The translations under genes and the position numbers were made by a program. The notes under the pieces were generated by a model. That model saw nothing but the letters and a program-made list of their open reading frames with translations, did not search any database and was not told where the DNA came from. A stretch of 64,000 nucleotides of DNA. It comes from Acidimicrobiia bacterium (lineage in GTDB: Bacteria > Actinomycetota > Acidimicrobiia > Spongiisociales > ZC4RG35). Below are positions 37,723-47,854 of the stretch, piece by piece. The DNA lies in NCBI GenBank assembly GCA_025928935.1, contig JAICNB010000006.1, positions 1,381 to 65,380 on the forward strand, in the 5' to 3' direction. Each line of letters opens with the position of its first letter. Position 1 is the stretch's first letter.

Positions 37723-37911
37723 ATGTCCGATAGAGAACGATCCCGATCACGGGATCAGGAGAACGAGAAATCCGAAGACCAGCCCGCGGCCAGGACGGAG
37801 AGTGAGGCTGACCTCGAGGCGCTGGACGACCTGCTCGACGAGATCGACGAGGTGCTGGAGGAGAACGCCGAGGAGTTCGTGAAGAACTACGTCCAGAAGG
37901 GTGGGGAGTGA
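37723..37911 (+). CDS. pup: prokaryotic ubiquitin-like protein Pup, C-terminal GGE
   Basis: 62 aa, acidic and disordered, with LDDLLDEIDEVLEENAEEFVKNYVQKGGE at the C-terminus. Confidence 0.95.
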   Translation: MSDRERSRSRDQENEKSEDQPAARTESEADLEALDDLLDEIDEVLEENAEEFVKNYVQKGGE

Positions 37912-38699
37912 TCGGATCCATTGGCCCGTTGCCGATGGACGTCCCGAGCCCCGGATCCTCCTTCACCGACCTGCTCGACTCTCTCGGCGCCAAGCCAGTC
38001 TTGAACATCCCACCGGGGGAGAAGCCACCGTCGGCACCTGAGGGGACCACGGTGCTCGCGCTGCGATACTCCGGTGGCGTGGTGATGGCCGGTGACCGGC
38101 GTGCCACCGAAGGGCACCTGGTCGCTCATCGGCGCATCCGGAAGGTCTTCCCCGCCGACAGGTACTCCGCCGTTGCCATCGCCGGGACTGCCGGGCTGGC
38201 CATCGAGATGGTGCGACTGTTCCAGGTCGAGTTGGAGCACTACGAGAAGATCGAGGGGGTGCGTCTCTCGCTGGAGGGCCAGGCCTCCTATCTCGCCCGT
38301 CTCGTCAGGGGCCAACTCCCGATGGCTTTCCAGGGTCTGGTCGTCGTACCTCTGTTCGCCGGTTATGACGAGCGTGAGGCACGAGGACGCCTGTACAGCT
38401 ATGACGCCGTAGGGGGTCGCTACGAGGAGATCGACTTCGGCAGCACTGGATCGGGCTCGAGGTTGGCCAAGGCCTATCTGAGGACGGTCTATCGGGAGGA
38501 GATGACCGATGACGAGGCGTTCGACGCCGCGGTCAAGGCACTGGTGGCCGCTTCTCAAGAGGACACCGCCACGGGCGGGCCGGACCTGAGAAGAGGCATC
38601 TATCCGACCGTTCTCCGGATATCGGCGGCAGGGGTGGAGGAGTTGCCCGATGCCGTGGTGGCCCCGTTGGCCGAAGAGGCAGTGGATCAGATCCGATGA
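37908..38699 (+). CDS. prcB: 20S proteasome beta subunit
   Basis: The propeptide ends ...APEG and is followed by the catalytic TTVLALRY. The GTG start overlaps the pup stop (GTGA). Confidence 0.95.
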   Translation: MIGSIGPLPMDVPSPGSSFTDLLDSLGAKPVLNIPPGEKPPSAPEGTTVLALRYSGGVVMAGDRRATEGHLVAHRRIRKVFPADRYSAVAIAGTAGLAIEMVRLFQVELEHYEKIEGVRLSLEGQASYLARLVRGQLPMAFQGLVVVPLFAGYDEREARGRLYSYDAVGGRYEEIDFGSTGSGSRLAKAYLRTVYREEMTDDEAFDAAVKALVAASQEDTATGGPDLRRGIYPTVLRISAAGVEELPDAVVAPLAEEAVDQIR

Positions 38700-39364
38700 C
38701 CTTCCCGATCTACGTCCCGCCCGAGCAACAGGTCCGTGACAAGGCGGAGTTCGCCCGCAAGGGGATCGCCCGGGGCCGATCACTCATCGCGGTCGACTAC
38801 GGCGGAGGGGTTCTCCTCCTGGCCGAGAACCCTTCGACTGCACTGCACAAGATCAGCGAGGTCTACGACCGGATCGCCTTTGCCGGTGTCGGCCGATACA
38901 ACGAATTCGAGACTCTGAGGAAGGCCGGCATCCGCCAGGCCGACCTGATGGGTTACCTCTACTCGCGCGAGGACGTGACCGCCATGGGTCTCGCCACCGC
39001 CTTTTCCCAGACGCTCGGTGTGATCTTCACCCGGGAGCCGAAGCCTTTCGAGGTCGAGGTGCTGATCGTCGAGATCAGCGAGGAAGGCGACGAGCACCGG
39101 CTGTTCCGGGTCACCTACGACGGCACGCTGTACGACGAGCGCAGGTTCGTCGCCATCGGCGGCAAGGCAGAGGAGCTGGTGGAAGCCCTCCAGGAGCTGT
39201 GGGAGGAGGACCTCAGCCTGGAGCGTGCCCTGGAAGTGGGGGCCGAGGCCTTCCGGCGTGCCGAGGGCCGGGAGATCGAAGGTTGGGAAGCCGCCGTGCT
39301 GGACTATGCCAACGGCCGCCGAGCCTTCCGGAGGCTGACAGGGAGCGAGCTGCCCCCCCGCTGA
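38696..39364 (+). CDS. prcA: 20S proteasome alpha subunit
   Basis: MTFPIYVPPEQQ...YDRIAFAGVGRYNEFE. ATGA overlap with prcB. Confidence 0.95.
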   Translation: MTFPIYVPPEQQVRDKAEFARKGIARGRSLIAVDYGGGVLLLAENPSTALHKISEVYDRIAFAGVGRYNEFETLRKAGIRQADLMGYLYSREDVTAMGLATAFSQTLGVIFTREPKPFEVEVLIVEISEEGDEHRLFRVTYDGTLYDERRFVAIGGKAEELVEALQELWEEDLSLERALEVGAEAFRRAEGREIEGWEAAVLDYANGRRAFRRLTGSELPPR

Positions 39365-39436
39365 CCGAAGCGCGGAGGTACGCCTACGGGCGGAGAAACT
39401 CTCCCGACACCGTACCGCCCGGGATAGCCTGCTCTC

Positions 39437-40792
39437 ATGGACCGCCGGATCTTCGGGCTCGAGAACGAATACGGGGTCACCTGCACCCTGCGGGGCCAGC
39501 GGCGGCTCAGTCCGGATGAAGTCGCCCGCTATCTGTTCCGCCGGGTGGTGTCCTGGGGTCGATCGTCCAATGTCTTCCTCGAGAACGGCGCACGTCTCTA
39601 TCTGGACGTCGGCTCTCACCCCGAGTTCGCCACACCCGAGTGCGACAACCTCGAGGATGTCGTCGCCCATGACAAGGCGGGGGAGAGGATCCTGGAGGGC
39701 CTGGTGCGGGGAGCGGAGGAGCGGCTCGAGGAAGAGGGGATCAGGGGCGAGATCTACGTCTTCAAGAACAACACCGACAGCGCCGGCAACTCGTACGGGT
39801 GTCACGAGAACTACCTGGTCAGCCGGCACAAGGACTTCCACCGCACAGTGGACGTCCTCATACCGTTCCTGGTGACCAGACAGATCTTCCTGGGTGCGGG
39901 GAAGCTGACTCAGACCCCCCGGGGCACCGCCTATTCGATCGCGCAGCGGGCCGATCACATCTGGGAGGGTGTGTCGTCCGCCACGACCCGCTCCCGGCCC
40001 ATCATCAACACCAGGGACGAGCCCCACGCCGACGCAGAGCGTTACCGCCGGCTGCACGTCATCGCCGGCGACTCGAACATGTCCGAGTACGCCACCTTCG
40101 TGAAGGTGGGGACCATGGTCGCCCTTCTTCAGATGATCGAGCGCGATGTCGTGTTCCGCGATCTTTCCCTCGAGAACCCGATCAGGGCGATACGGGAGGT
40201 ATCACACGACGTCACGTGCCGACGCAAGATCAAGCTGGCCAACGGACGCGAGCTGTCGGCCCTGGACATCCAGTGGGAGTACCTGGACCGGGCGATGAGG
40301 TTCGCCCGCAGCCCCGGGTTCCCACCCGAGGTGCAGGGGGCCATCGACAGGTGGGAGCACCTGCTCACCGGTCTCGAGAAGGACCCGATGACACTGGATC
40401 GCGAGGTCGACTGGGTGATCAAGCACCGGCTCCTCGAGCGGTACGCCGATCGAAGGGGGATGTCCATGTCCGATCCCCGCATGTCGATGATGGATCTCAG
40501 CTACCACGATGTGGACCGGAAGCGCGGCCTCTATTACCTGCTCGAGTCCAAGGGCCTGGTCGACCGTGTGGTGACCGACGAGAAGGTGGCGCTGGCGGTC
40601 CGCCAACCACCGCAGACCACTCGGGCCCGGCTCCGTGGTGCCTTCATCAAGGCCGCCAAGGCCAGAAAGAGGGACTTCACCGTCGACTGGGTCCATCTCA
40701 AGCTCAACGACCAAGCGCAGCGCACCGTCATGTGCAAGGACCCGTTCAAGGCCCACGACGAGCGCGTGGAGAAGCTCATAGAGAGTCTCTAG
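39437..40792 (+). CDS. pafA: Pup-protein ligase PafA
   Basis: [14 protein letters not shown] is paralogous to Dop. The synteny is prcBA-pafA-pafBC. Confidence 0.95.
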   Translation: MDRRIFGLENEYGVTCTLRGQRRLSPDEVARYLFRRVVSWGRSSNVFLENGARLYLDVGSHPEFATPECDNLEDVVAHDKAGERILEGLVRGAEERLEEEGIRGEIYVFKNNTDSAGNSYGCHENYLVSRHKDFHRTVDVLIPFLVTRQIFLGAGKLTQTPRGTAYSIAQRADHIWEGVSSATTRSRPIINTRDEPHADAERYRRLHVIAGDSNMSEYATFVKVGTMVALLQMIERDVVFRDLSLENPIRAIREVSHDVTCRRKIKLANGRELSALDIQWEYLDRAMRFARSPGFPPEVQGAIDRWEHLLTGLEKDPMTLDREVDWVIKHRLLERYADRRGMSMSDPRMSMMDLSYHDVDRKRGLYYLLESKGLVDRVVTDEKVALAVRQPPQTTRARLRGAFIKAAKARKRDFTVDWVHLKLNDQAQRTVMCKDPFKAHDERVEKLIESL

Positions 40793-40860
40793 ACCTCGTA
40801 ATTGGGACGCAGAGGCCTCATATACGGTCCTGTAGCTCCCAATTTCGCAACAATCGGGTC

Positions 40861-41784
40861 ATGCAGAATGTCGTAGAGAGGGTCATCAACCTCCTCATCT
40901 ACCTGCTCGAGTCACCCGAGCCGGCGTCCGCTGCCGACATCCGTCACACCGTCGCCGGATACGGACAGGAGAGTGACGAGGCTTTCCATCGAATGTTCGA
41001 GCGAGACAAGGACCTCCTCAAGAGGCTCGGCGTGCCGCTCGAGATGAAGGCACTGGACACCTGGGAGATCGACTTCGGATACACCGTCGACCCGACCAAG
41101 TACGCCCTGCCGGATCCCGGTCTGACCGAGCCGGAGCGGGTGGCGCTCTCGGTGGCGGCGCGAATGGTCCGTCTCGGTGGAGCAAACGCCGGGCTGGGAG
41201 GCCTCCTCAAGCTCGGCGGTGTGGAACGGGGGACGGGAATCGAGCCGCTTGGCGCCGACCTGGGTGCCGAGGCGTCAGTACTGGGGGACCTGTTCCTGGC
41301 GGTGACGGAGCGTCGCAAGGTCGACTTCACCTATGCAGGGGTGAGTCGGACCGTCGAGCCCTACGGGATGGCGCATCGCAGAGGTCATTGGTACCTGGTC
41401 GGCCGCACCGGAGCGGGTGAACGAGTGTTCCGGGTCGATCGGATCACAGATCTGGAGGTAGGCAGGGATGCCGACGTGTTCCAGCGCCCCAAGCGCTTCC
41501 AGGTGAAGAAAGCCATGAGCACGAACCCTTGGGAGGCGGGCTCGGACGAGGTGGTCACCGCCTCCGTGCGCTTCGACGAAGGGCTGGCGTGGTGGGCGGC
41601 GCGCACCCTCGACGTGGAACCGCCGCGCACCGGGCCGATGGAGGTGGAGCTGACGGTGGCCAATTGGGACGCCTTCATCGGCTGGATCCTTGGCTTTGGC
41701 TCGGATGCGGAGGTCCTGGCCCCGCCCGAACTGCGTGATGCCGTGCTCGATCGGGTCGAGGCGGCGGTGAGCGGGCTGTCATGA
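40861..41784 (+). CDS. pafB: WYL-domain transcriptional regulator PafB
   Basis: N-terminal wHTH (VINLLIYLLESPEPASAADI) and a WYL motif (GHWYLVG). ATG 40861 is the true start inside the chimeric ORF 39799..41784. Confidence 0.85.
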   Translation: MQNVVERVINLLIYLLESPEPASAADIRHTVAGYGQESDEAFHRMFERDKDLLKRLGVPLEMKALDTWEIDFGYTVDPTKYALPDPGLTEPERVALSVAARMVRLGGANAGLGGLLKLGGVERGTGIEPLGADLGAEASVLGDLFLAVTERRKVDFTYAGVSRTVEPYGMAHRRGHWYLVGRTGAGERVFRVDRITDLEVGRDADVFQRPKRFQVKKAMSTNPWEAGSDEVVTASVRFDEGLAWWAARTLDVEPPRTGPMEVELTVANWDAFIGWILGFGSDAEVLAPPELRDAVLDRVEAAVSGLS

Positions 41785-42725
41785 GCAGCGATCGCACCGC
41801 AGGCCGTCTCTCCCGGATTCTCGCTCTGATCCCATACGTGCTCGCCAAGGACGGGGCCAAGGTCTCCGAGATCATCGAACGGTTCGATTACACCGAAGAG
41901 GACCTGACCCGCGATCTCAACACGGTGTTCTTCTGCGGGCTGCCCGGTTACACGCCCGGAGATCTCATGGAGGCGTACATCGATGGCGATGAGGTGATCA
42001 TCGATGCAGCCGACTACTTCGCCAAGGCGCCACGGTTGACCCCGATGGAGGCCCTGGGGTTGATGGCTGCCGGCATGGCGATCATCGGCTCGGGTCAGGG
42101 ATCACCGGATCTGAAGACGGCGGTGGACAAGCTGACCAAGGCGTTGCTCCCCGATGCAGGCTCCGCAATCGACGTCGATGTCTCGGGGGACTCCGAAAAC
42201 CTGTCGATCTTGAAATCCGCTGCTGCCGACCAGCAGGTCATCAGGATCAGATATCGCTCCATGGGAAGGGAGACCGAGACAGTGCGCGAGATCGAGCCCT
42301 GGGCCGTCGTCAGCACCCTCGGCAACTGGTATGTCCAGGCATTCTGCCGGCTGGTCGGAGGTGAACGCGTGTTCAGGGTCGATCGGATACGTGATCTGGA
42401 GGTACTCGACGAGCGGTTCCAGCGCCCCGAGGCGCCGACCGAGCCGGAGATCGCCTACACCCCGTCGGAAGAGGATGTCGTGGCCAGGATCCGCCTCGAG
42501 ACGTCGGCGAGGTGGGTGCTCGACTACTACCCGGTCGATGTGGTCAAGGAGACCAAGACAGGCACCGAGATCCGCTTTTCATCCCCCGATGCGGAGATTC
42601 CGGCACGACTCCTGCTCCGCCTCGGGGGCCAGGCACGCCTCCTCGATGGCGAAGAGGTGAGGGCTCGTGTCACGGCAATCGCCGGTGCGCTCAGAGAGCG
42701 TTACACAACGGGCCGAGAGACCTAG
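41781..42725 (+). CDS. pafC: WYL-domain transcriptional regulator PafC
   Basis: ATGA overlap with pafB, an HTH, and a WYL-like GNWYVQAF motif. Confidence 0.85.
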   Translation: MSSDRTAGRLSRILALIPYVLAKDGAKVSEIIERFDYTEEDLTRDLNTVFFCGLPGYTPGDLMEAYIDGDEVIIDAADYFAKAPRLTPMEALGLMAAGMAIIGSGQGSPDLKTAVDKLTKALLPDAGSAIDVDVSGDSENLSILKSAAADQQVIRIRYRSMGRETETVREIEPWAVVSTLGNWYVQAFCRLVGGERVFRVDRIRDLEVLDERFQRPEAPTEPEIAYTPSEEDVVARIRLETSARWVLDYYPVDVVKETKTGTEIRFSSPDAEIPARLLLRLGGQARLLDGEEVRARVTAIAGALRERYTTGRET

Positions 42726-42795
42726 TCCCGCGCGCTACAGATTCGCGCCCTCGATGCCGATCACCCATCTTGTTATGGGAGACCGGAAACCAGGG

Positions 42796-43086
42796 ATGAC
42801 CACCATCAAGACAACTTGCGCCCGATGCGGTGACATCCATCTCACCCCGGATGACGTCGCGCTGGAGCTGCGACCCGGTGGCCGGGAGGGTGACTACCGA
42901 TTCAATTGCCCGACCTGCACCGAACCACAGCGCCGGCCGGCCAACTCACGGGTTGTGAGTGTCTTGTTGGCAACGGGGGTGGCCTTCGAGGTCGTCAACC
43001 CTGACCCGATCACCGAGAGCGAGATCGAGGCGTTCGTCGCCGCCCTCGAGGCGGAATCGGATCCGTTTCGCCTTCTGGCCGGCTGA
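42796..43086 (+). CDS. small Cys4 (zinc-ribbon-like) protein, hypothetical
   Basis: MTTIKTTCARCGD...FNCPTCTE. Starts at 42754 or 42775 are also possible. Confidence 0.5.
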   Translation: MTTIKTTCARCGDIHLTPDDVALELRPGGREGDYRFNCPTCTEPQRRPANSRVVSVLLATGVAFEVVNPDPITESEIEAFVAALEAESDPFRLLAG

Positions 43087-43140
43087 CAGGACCCCAGATC
43101 TCTTCGACGGGCACCATGGGCAGGGTGCCCTCGACACGCA

Positions 43141-43175
43141 AAAGGGTGGCGATCCACGAGATCGCCACCCTTTTT
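43141..43175 (+). terminator. rho-independent terminator (potentially bidirectional)
   Basis: A 14-bp perfect stem, aaagggtggcgatc / gatcgccacccttt, has a 5-nt loop and is followed by TTTTT. An A-tract precedes it. Confidence 0.7.
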
Positions 43176-43221
43176 GGTGACAGGTACCAAGCACCGCGTA
43201 GCCGGTACCCTCCACACCGAG

Positions 43222-43587
43222 ATGCAGCCCGGTGAGATCCTCATCATCGCCCTGCTGGCCCTGGTGGTCCTGGGGCCGAAGCGGTTGCCCGAGCTCGCCC
43301 GCAAGCTGGGGGAGTGGACTGCCGAGCTGAGGTCGGCGGCTCGTGACCTGAGACGAGGGCTGGAGGCGGAGGTGGCGGAGATCAAGGAAGCCGGGGAGGA
43401 TCTGAAGGCGCCTCTCGACGACCTCAAGAAGACTTCGGAGGAGCTTCGCAAGGGCATCGACGAGGCCGGTGTCACCAGGCTGGATTGGAAGGGGCCCAAG
43501 CCCATCTCGGGCCCGACCCCGGCCGACGCCATGGCAGACCTCGAGGAGATCGAGAAGAAGGCGGCCGACGAAGGCCCGCCCCGGTGA
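43222..43587 (+). CDS. tatA: twin-arginine translocase TatA/TatB-family protein
   Basis: The N-terminus MQPGEILIIALLALVVLGPKRLPEL is followed by an amphipathic helix and an acidic tail. At 121 aa it is long for TatA. Confidence 0.85.
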   Translation: MQPGEILIIALLALVVLGPKRLPELARKLGEWTAELRSAARDLRRGLEAEVAEIKEAGEDLKAPLDDLKKTSEELRKGIDEAGVTRLDWKGPKPISGPTPADAMADLEEIEKKAADEGPPR

Positions 43588-44297
43588 TAGAGGACAAACC
43601 GCAAACCATCCTCGCCCATCTCGAGGAGTTGCGCTGGAGACTCGTCAGGGTCTTCATCGCAGTTGTGGTCGGTGGGCTGGTGGCCCTGGTGTTCCACGAT
43701 CAGCTGCGGATGATCCTCGAAGCGCCGTTCCGCGCCGCGGCACCGGACAACGACCTGCAGACCTTGAACCCCACCGAGCAATGGGGCGTCCTCATGCGGA
43801 TTGCGCTCTTCGGTGGGATCATCCTGGCCAGCCCGGTCGTCCTCTATCAGATATGGGCCTTCATCCAGCCTGCCCTCACCAAGAGGGAGCGGAACTGGGC
43901 ATTCCCCGTCGTCGGCTCGTTGGTCGTTCTCTTCGTGGGTGGTGTCGTGTTCGGGTATTTCACCCTCCCACGGGGCCTCGAGTTCCTCCTGGACATCTTC
44001 CCCGATGTCGAGGCCAACCTGCGTCTCGGCGATTACTACTCGTTCACCCTCCGATTCCTGTTCGCCTTCGGCGTGGCCTTTCTCTATCCCGTATTCCTCT
44101 TCGCCGCGGCCGCGGCAGGCGTCATCTCGTCCCAACAGCTGGCTCGGGGAAGGAGATGGGCGGTGCTCATCATCGTGATCGGCGCGGCAGTGATCACGCC
44201 TAGTGGTGATGCGTTCAGCCTGATGGTGCTGTCGGTGCCCCTGTACCTGATGTATGAGGCCACCTACTGGCTGGTGAGGCTCGTCCTCAGGAAATGA
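43584..44297 (+). CDS. tatC: twin-arginine translocase subunit TatC
   Basis: HLEELRWRL and six TM helices. GTG 43584 overlaps the tatA stop (GTGA). Confidence 0.9.
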   Translation: MIEDKPQTILAHLEELRWRLVRVFIAVVVGGLVALVFHDQLRMILEAPFRAAAPDNDLQTLNPTEQWGVLMRIALFGGIILASPVVLYQIWAFIQPALTKRERNWAFPVVGSLVVLFVGGVVFGYFTLPRGLEFLLDIFPDVEANLRLGDYYSFTLRFLFAFGVAFLYPVFLFAAAAAGVISSQQLARGRRWAVLIIVIGAAVITPSGDAFSLMVLSVPLYLMYEATYWLVRLVLRK

Positions 44298-44343
44298 TCC
44301 CCCCTCCCCACCTCCGGCGGTACTCCCCCCTACGGGGGGAGAA

Positions 44344-46920
44344 ATGACAGAGCTCGAAGACTTCTGGTCACAGCTCCCATTTCGCCCCGATGACTTCCAG
44401 GTCGAGGCGGGGGACGCGATCGCCGATGGGCACTCGGTGGTGGTCACCGCACCCACAGGCGCCGGGAAGACTCTCGTCGCGGAGGCTGCGATCCATCTGG
44501 CCGTTACCCGGGGCGAGCGAGCCTTCTACACCACGCCGATAAAGGCCCTGTCCAACCAGAAATACTCCGACTTCGCCTCCAGCTACGGGCCGGAACGAGT
44601 CGGACTGCTCACCGGGGACAACGTGATCAACGGGGACGCCGAGATCGTGGTCATGACCACCGAGGTGCTGCGCAACATGATCTACGCCGAAGCTTCTCGG
44701 GGGCGACCCCCAGACCCCCGCGCTGGCACCCGCCTCGACCGGGTCGGCCTGGTCATCCTCGACGAGGTGCACTACCTACAGGACCCCACCCGAGGCGCCG
44801 TCTGGGAGGAAGTGATCATCCATGCCCCCCGTCATCTGCAGTTGGTGTGCTTGTCGGCGACGGTCTCCAACAACGAGGAATTCGCGGCATGGGTAGGGGA
44901 GAGACGTGGGCCCACCCGGTTGATCGCCACAGACCACCGACCGGTCCCGCTGGAGTCGATGTACATGGTGAGAGACCGGATGGGGGCCCAGATGTTGCAC
45001 CTCCTCCCCACATTCGTCGAGCGAGAAGGGAGGAGACGGCCCAACCCTCGTATCGAGCACATGTTGGGTTTGGAACGGGGGCGACGTCGCCGTTTCAAGA
45101 GCCCCAACCGGACGGAGGCCGTCGAGCGGCTGGCCGAGGAGGGGATGCTTCCCGCGATCTTCTTCATCTTCAGCCGCGCCGGATGTGACGCAGCGGCTCA
45201 TCGACTGGTCGACGCCGGTATCCGGCTGACCGACCCGACGCAGCGATCGGCGATTCGCGAGATAGCGGAGACCCGGACCAGCCACCTAGGGGAACAGGAT
45301 CTAACGGTCCTCGGCTACGACCGCTGGATCGCCGGCCTCGAAGCTGGTGTCGCCCCCCACCACGCCGGTCTGGTTCCGGCCTTCAAGGAGACAGTCGAGG
45401 AGTTGTTCGAGAGCGGCCTGCTGAGGGTGGTGTTCGCCACCGAGACGCTGGCCTTGGGCATCAACATGCCGGCGCGGACGGTGGTTCTCGAATCGCTCTC
45501 CAAGTTCAACGGTGAAACGCACGAAATGATGCGCCCGGGCGATTACACCCAGCTCACCGGCCGGGCCGGGCGTAGGGGCATCGACGTCGAGGGCTTCGGC
45601 GTCGTCCTCCACTCGCCGTTCGTGCGGTTCGACTCGGTTACCGAGATCGCCTCGATAGGCGCACACCCGCTCCGATCCAGTTTCCGGCCCACCTACAACA
45701 TGACCGCCAACCTGGTGGCCAACTACGAGCGGGAACGGGCAGAGCAGCTGCTCGAGGCGTCGTTTGCCGCATTCCAGCGTGAAGGCGACAGACACTCCGC
45801 CGAGACGACCATCGAGGCTTTGGAGCACACGTTGGAGAAGGAAGAGGCTGCGGCTCGCTGCGAGCGAGGGGATGTCGAGGAGTACATGGCGCTGATCGAG
45901 TCGGCCACACCGCAACGTCACAACGACCGCATCTCGTCGGCGCTCGGAACCGGGCAAGTGGTGGACGTCCCCGGTGGCTCCAGGGACGGCAGGTACCTCA
46001 TTCTCAAGCGTCTGGCCCGAAAGGACGGCGGGGCGCGCTATCTGGCTCTCTCGACCTCGGGACGCGTCTCGACCATCCGGTACAAGGACATCATCCAGGG
46101 GTCCACCATCGTCGCCGAGGTCGAAGTGCCGATACCGGTGAAGCCGAAGGATCGTCGCTATGTCCAGGATCTGCTTCGGTCACTGCGGCGGGTGCCGCCC
46201 CGGGAGTCGAGCAAGGAGGTACGCAAGCACCCGATAGTGGAGCACCCGGTGGCTTCCTGCCCGGATGCGGCACGTCACCTCGCCGCGGCAAGGCGCGCCC
46301 TCCGTATCAGGAAACGTCTCGAGCAGCATCTTGCAGCACGCCGCAGCTCCGGTCATGGCCTGGTCGAGGAGTTCGGCGCCATACGCAGCCTCCTCGACGA
46401 GATGGGCTATCTGACCGGATGGGAGCTGACCGGGGCGGGCCAGCGTCTGCGCTCTATCTACAACGAATCGGACCTCCTCCTCGCCGAAGCCCTGGAACGA
46501 GGGCTCTTCCACGACCTGGAGCCGGCTGAGATCGTCGCGCTCGCCTCGGTGTTCGTCTACGAGCCCAGGTCGGACACGGTTTCCCTGGCGGAATGGCCCA
46601 CGGCGACCCTTGCGGAGCGCTGGGAAGAGCTCGAGATCGTCTGGAAAGACCTGGTGGACCGGGAGCGCGCTCTGCGTCTCAGCCCGACCCGCCGCCCCGA
46701 TCCCGGATTCGGCATCCCGGCCCACGAATGGGCGTCTGGCGTCGATTTCGACGATCTCACCACGAGGGGGATGGCCCCGGGTGACTTCGTCCGGGTGTCT
46801 CGCCAGTTGGTCGACCTGGTGCGGCAGCTGCGTGACAGCGCCCCTGGGCTGCGAGATGAGACGATCGCCGCACTCAGGGCCATCGATCGCGGCGTGGTCG
46901 CCGCCCAAGGGGTTGGCTGA
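44344..46920 (+). CDS. helY: Ski2-like DEAD/DEAH-box helicase HelY
   Basis: Motifs APTGAGKT, DEVH, SAT and TETLALGINMPART, with a C-terminal DSHCT-like region. tatC-helY synteny matches mycobacteria. Confidence 0.9.
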   Translation: MTELEDFWSQLPFRPDDFQVEAGDAIADGHSVVVTAPTGAGKTLVAEAAIHLAVTRGERAFYTTPIKALSNQKYSDFASSYGPERVGLLTGDNVINGDAEIVVMTTEVLRNMIYAEASRGRPPDPRAGTRLDRVGLVILDEVHYLQDPTRGAVWEEVIIHAPRHLQLVCLSATVSNNEEFAAWVGERRGPTRLIATDHRPVPLESMYMVRDRMGAQMLHLLPTFVEREGRRRPNPRIEHMLGLERGRRRRFKSPNRTEAVERLAEEGMLPAIFFIFSRAGCDAAAHRLVDAGIRLTDPTQRSAIREIAETRTSHLGEQDLTVLGYDRWIAGLEAGVAPHHAGLVPAFKETVEELFESGLLRVVFATETLALGINMPARTVVLESLSKFNGETHEMMRPGDYTQLTGRAGRRGIDVEGFGVVLHSPFVRFDSVTEIASIGAHPLRSSFRPTYNMTANLVANYERERAEQLLEASFAAFQREGDRHSAETTIEALEHTLEKEEAAARCERGDVEEYMALIESATPQRHNDRISSALGTGQVVDVPGGSRDGRYLILKRLARKDGGARYLALSTSGRVSTIRYKDIIQGSTIVAEVEVPIPVKPKDRRYVQDLLRSLRRVPPRESSKEVRKHPIVEHPVASCPDAARHLAAARRALRIRKRLEQHLAARRSSGHGLVEEFGAIRSLLDEMGYLTGWELTGAGQRLRSIYNESDLLLAEALERGLFHDLEPAEIVALASVFVYEPRSDTVSLAEWPTATLAERWEELEIVWKDLVDRERALRLSPTRRPDPGFGIPAHEWASGVDFDDLTTRGMAPGDFVRVSRQLVDLVRQLRDSAPGLRDETIAALRAIDRGVVAAQGVG

Positions 46921-47805
46921 TTGCCGACCTGGCACGTGTACGTCAACAGGATGGCCGGCCGGAGGGCGGTCGACCCGGCGCACGTCGTCGCTCTGCTCCG
47001 GGATATCGGGGTCGAGCACGTCATGCACGTCCCTGGGTCGCCCGAGGAGACCACGGCCCAGATCCAGGCCGCCGCACGGGAGGGGGCTCGGCATTTCGCC
47101 CTGGCCGGGGGCGACGGGACGGTCAACCTGGCCATCAACGCCTTGATGCCCATGGGTCTTTCCGAGCGCCCCGTCATAGGGGTTCTGCCGGTGGGGACCG
47201 GCTGTGATCTCCTCCGCACCTTTGGCCTGCCCCAGGACCTGATCGGCGCGGCGCGGCACCTGACGACGGATGACACCTATGCCGTCGATGTCGCCACCCT
47301 GGAGGGGAGCTGGGGCACCCGCTACTTCGTCAACGTCGCCCAGGCCGGAGTTGGGGCGGCGGCTGTGCAAACTGCGGCCCGACTGGGCCGGCGACTCGGT
47401 CCCACGCGATATCCACTCGCCTTCGTCGCCCGTCTCCCCGCATTCCCGCGGGCAAACGTGACAGTCACCACCGAGCGTCGCACCATCGAGGCCGAGGCGC
47501 TGGCCGTGATACTCGCCAACGCCCAGTTCTTCGCCGGGGGATGGAACGTCGCCCCCAAGGCCACGCTGGTAGACGGGGTGCTCGACGTCCAGATCATCAA
47601 TACCAAGAAGACCGGGGCCCCGGCTCTCGTGCCCAAAGTGATCAAGGGGACCCATCTCACCGATCGCTCGGTGAGGAGGGTTTCCGCAGCCGAATTCACT
47701 GTCAGCAGCGAGCCGGTCTGGCCGCTGGAATGTGACGGGGATCTGGTGGGGAATACCCCGGTCAGCGGCCGTGTTGTCCCGGCCGCGATCGATCTGAAGA
47801 TCTGA
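46921..47805 (+). CDS. diacylglycerol/lipid kinase family protein
   Basis: Motifs GGDGTVN and PVGTGCDL. The TTG start lies immediately after the helY stop. Confidence 0.8.
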   Translation: MPTWHVYVNRMAGRRAVDPAHVVALLRDIGVEHVMHVPGSPEETTAQIQAAAREGARHFALAGGDGTVNLAINALMPMGLSERPVIGVLPVGTGCDLLRTFGLPQDLIGAARHLTTDDTYAVDVATLEGSWGTRYFVNVAQAGVGAAAVQTAARLGRRLGPTRYPLAFVARLPAFPRANVTVTTERRTIEAEALAVILANAQFFAGGWNVAPKATLVDGVLDVQIINTKKTGAPALVPKVIKGTHLTDRSVRRVSAAEFTVSSEPVWPLECDGDLVGNTPVSGRVVPAAIDLKI

Positions 47806-47854
47806 TCGGGCGCGACTTATACTCCCGCTCCGCCGAGGGCGACTACCCAGGTAG

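Noticed and set aside
39799-41784. 661-aa plus-strand ORF spanning pafA and pafB.
   Set aside because: It is a chimeric reading. The first about 350 aa are an out-of-frame, Arg/Pro-rich read through pafA. Only the part from ATG 40861 (MQNVVERVINLL...) is the real PafB.
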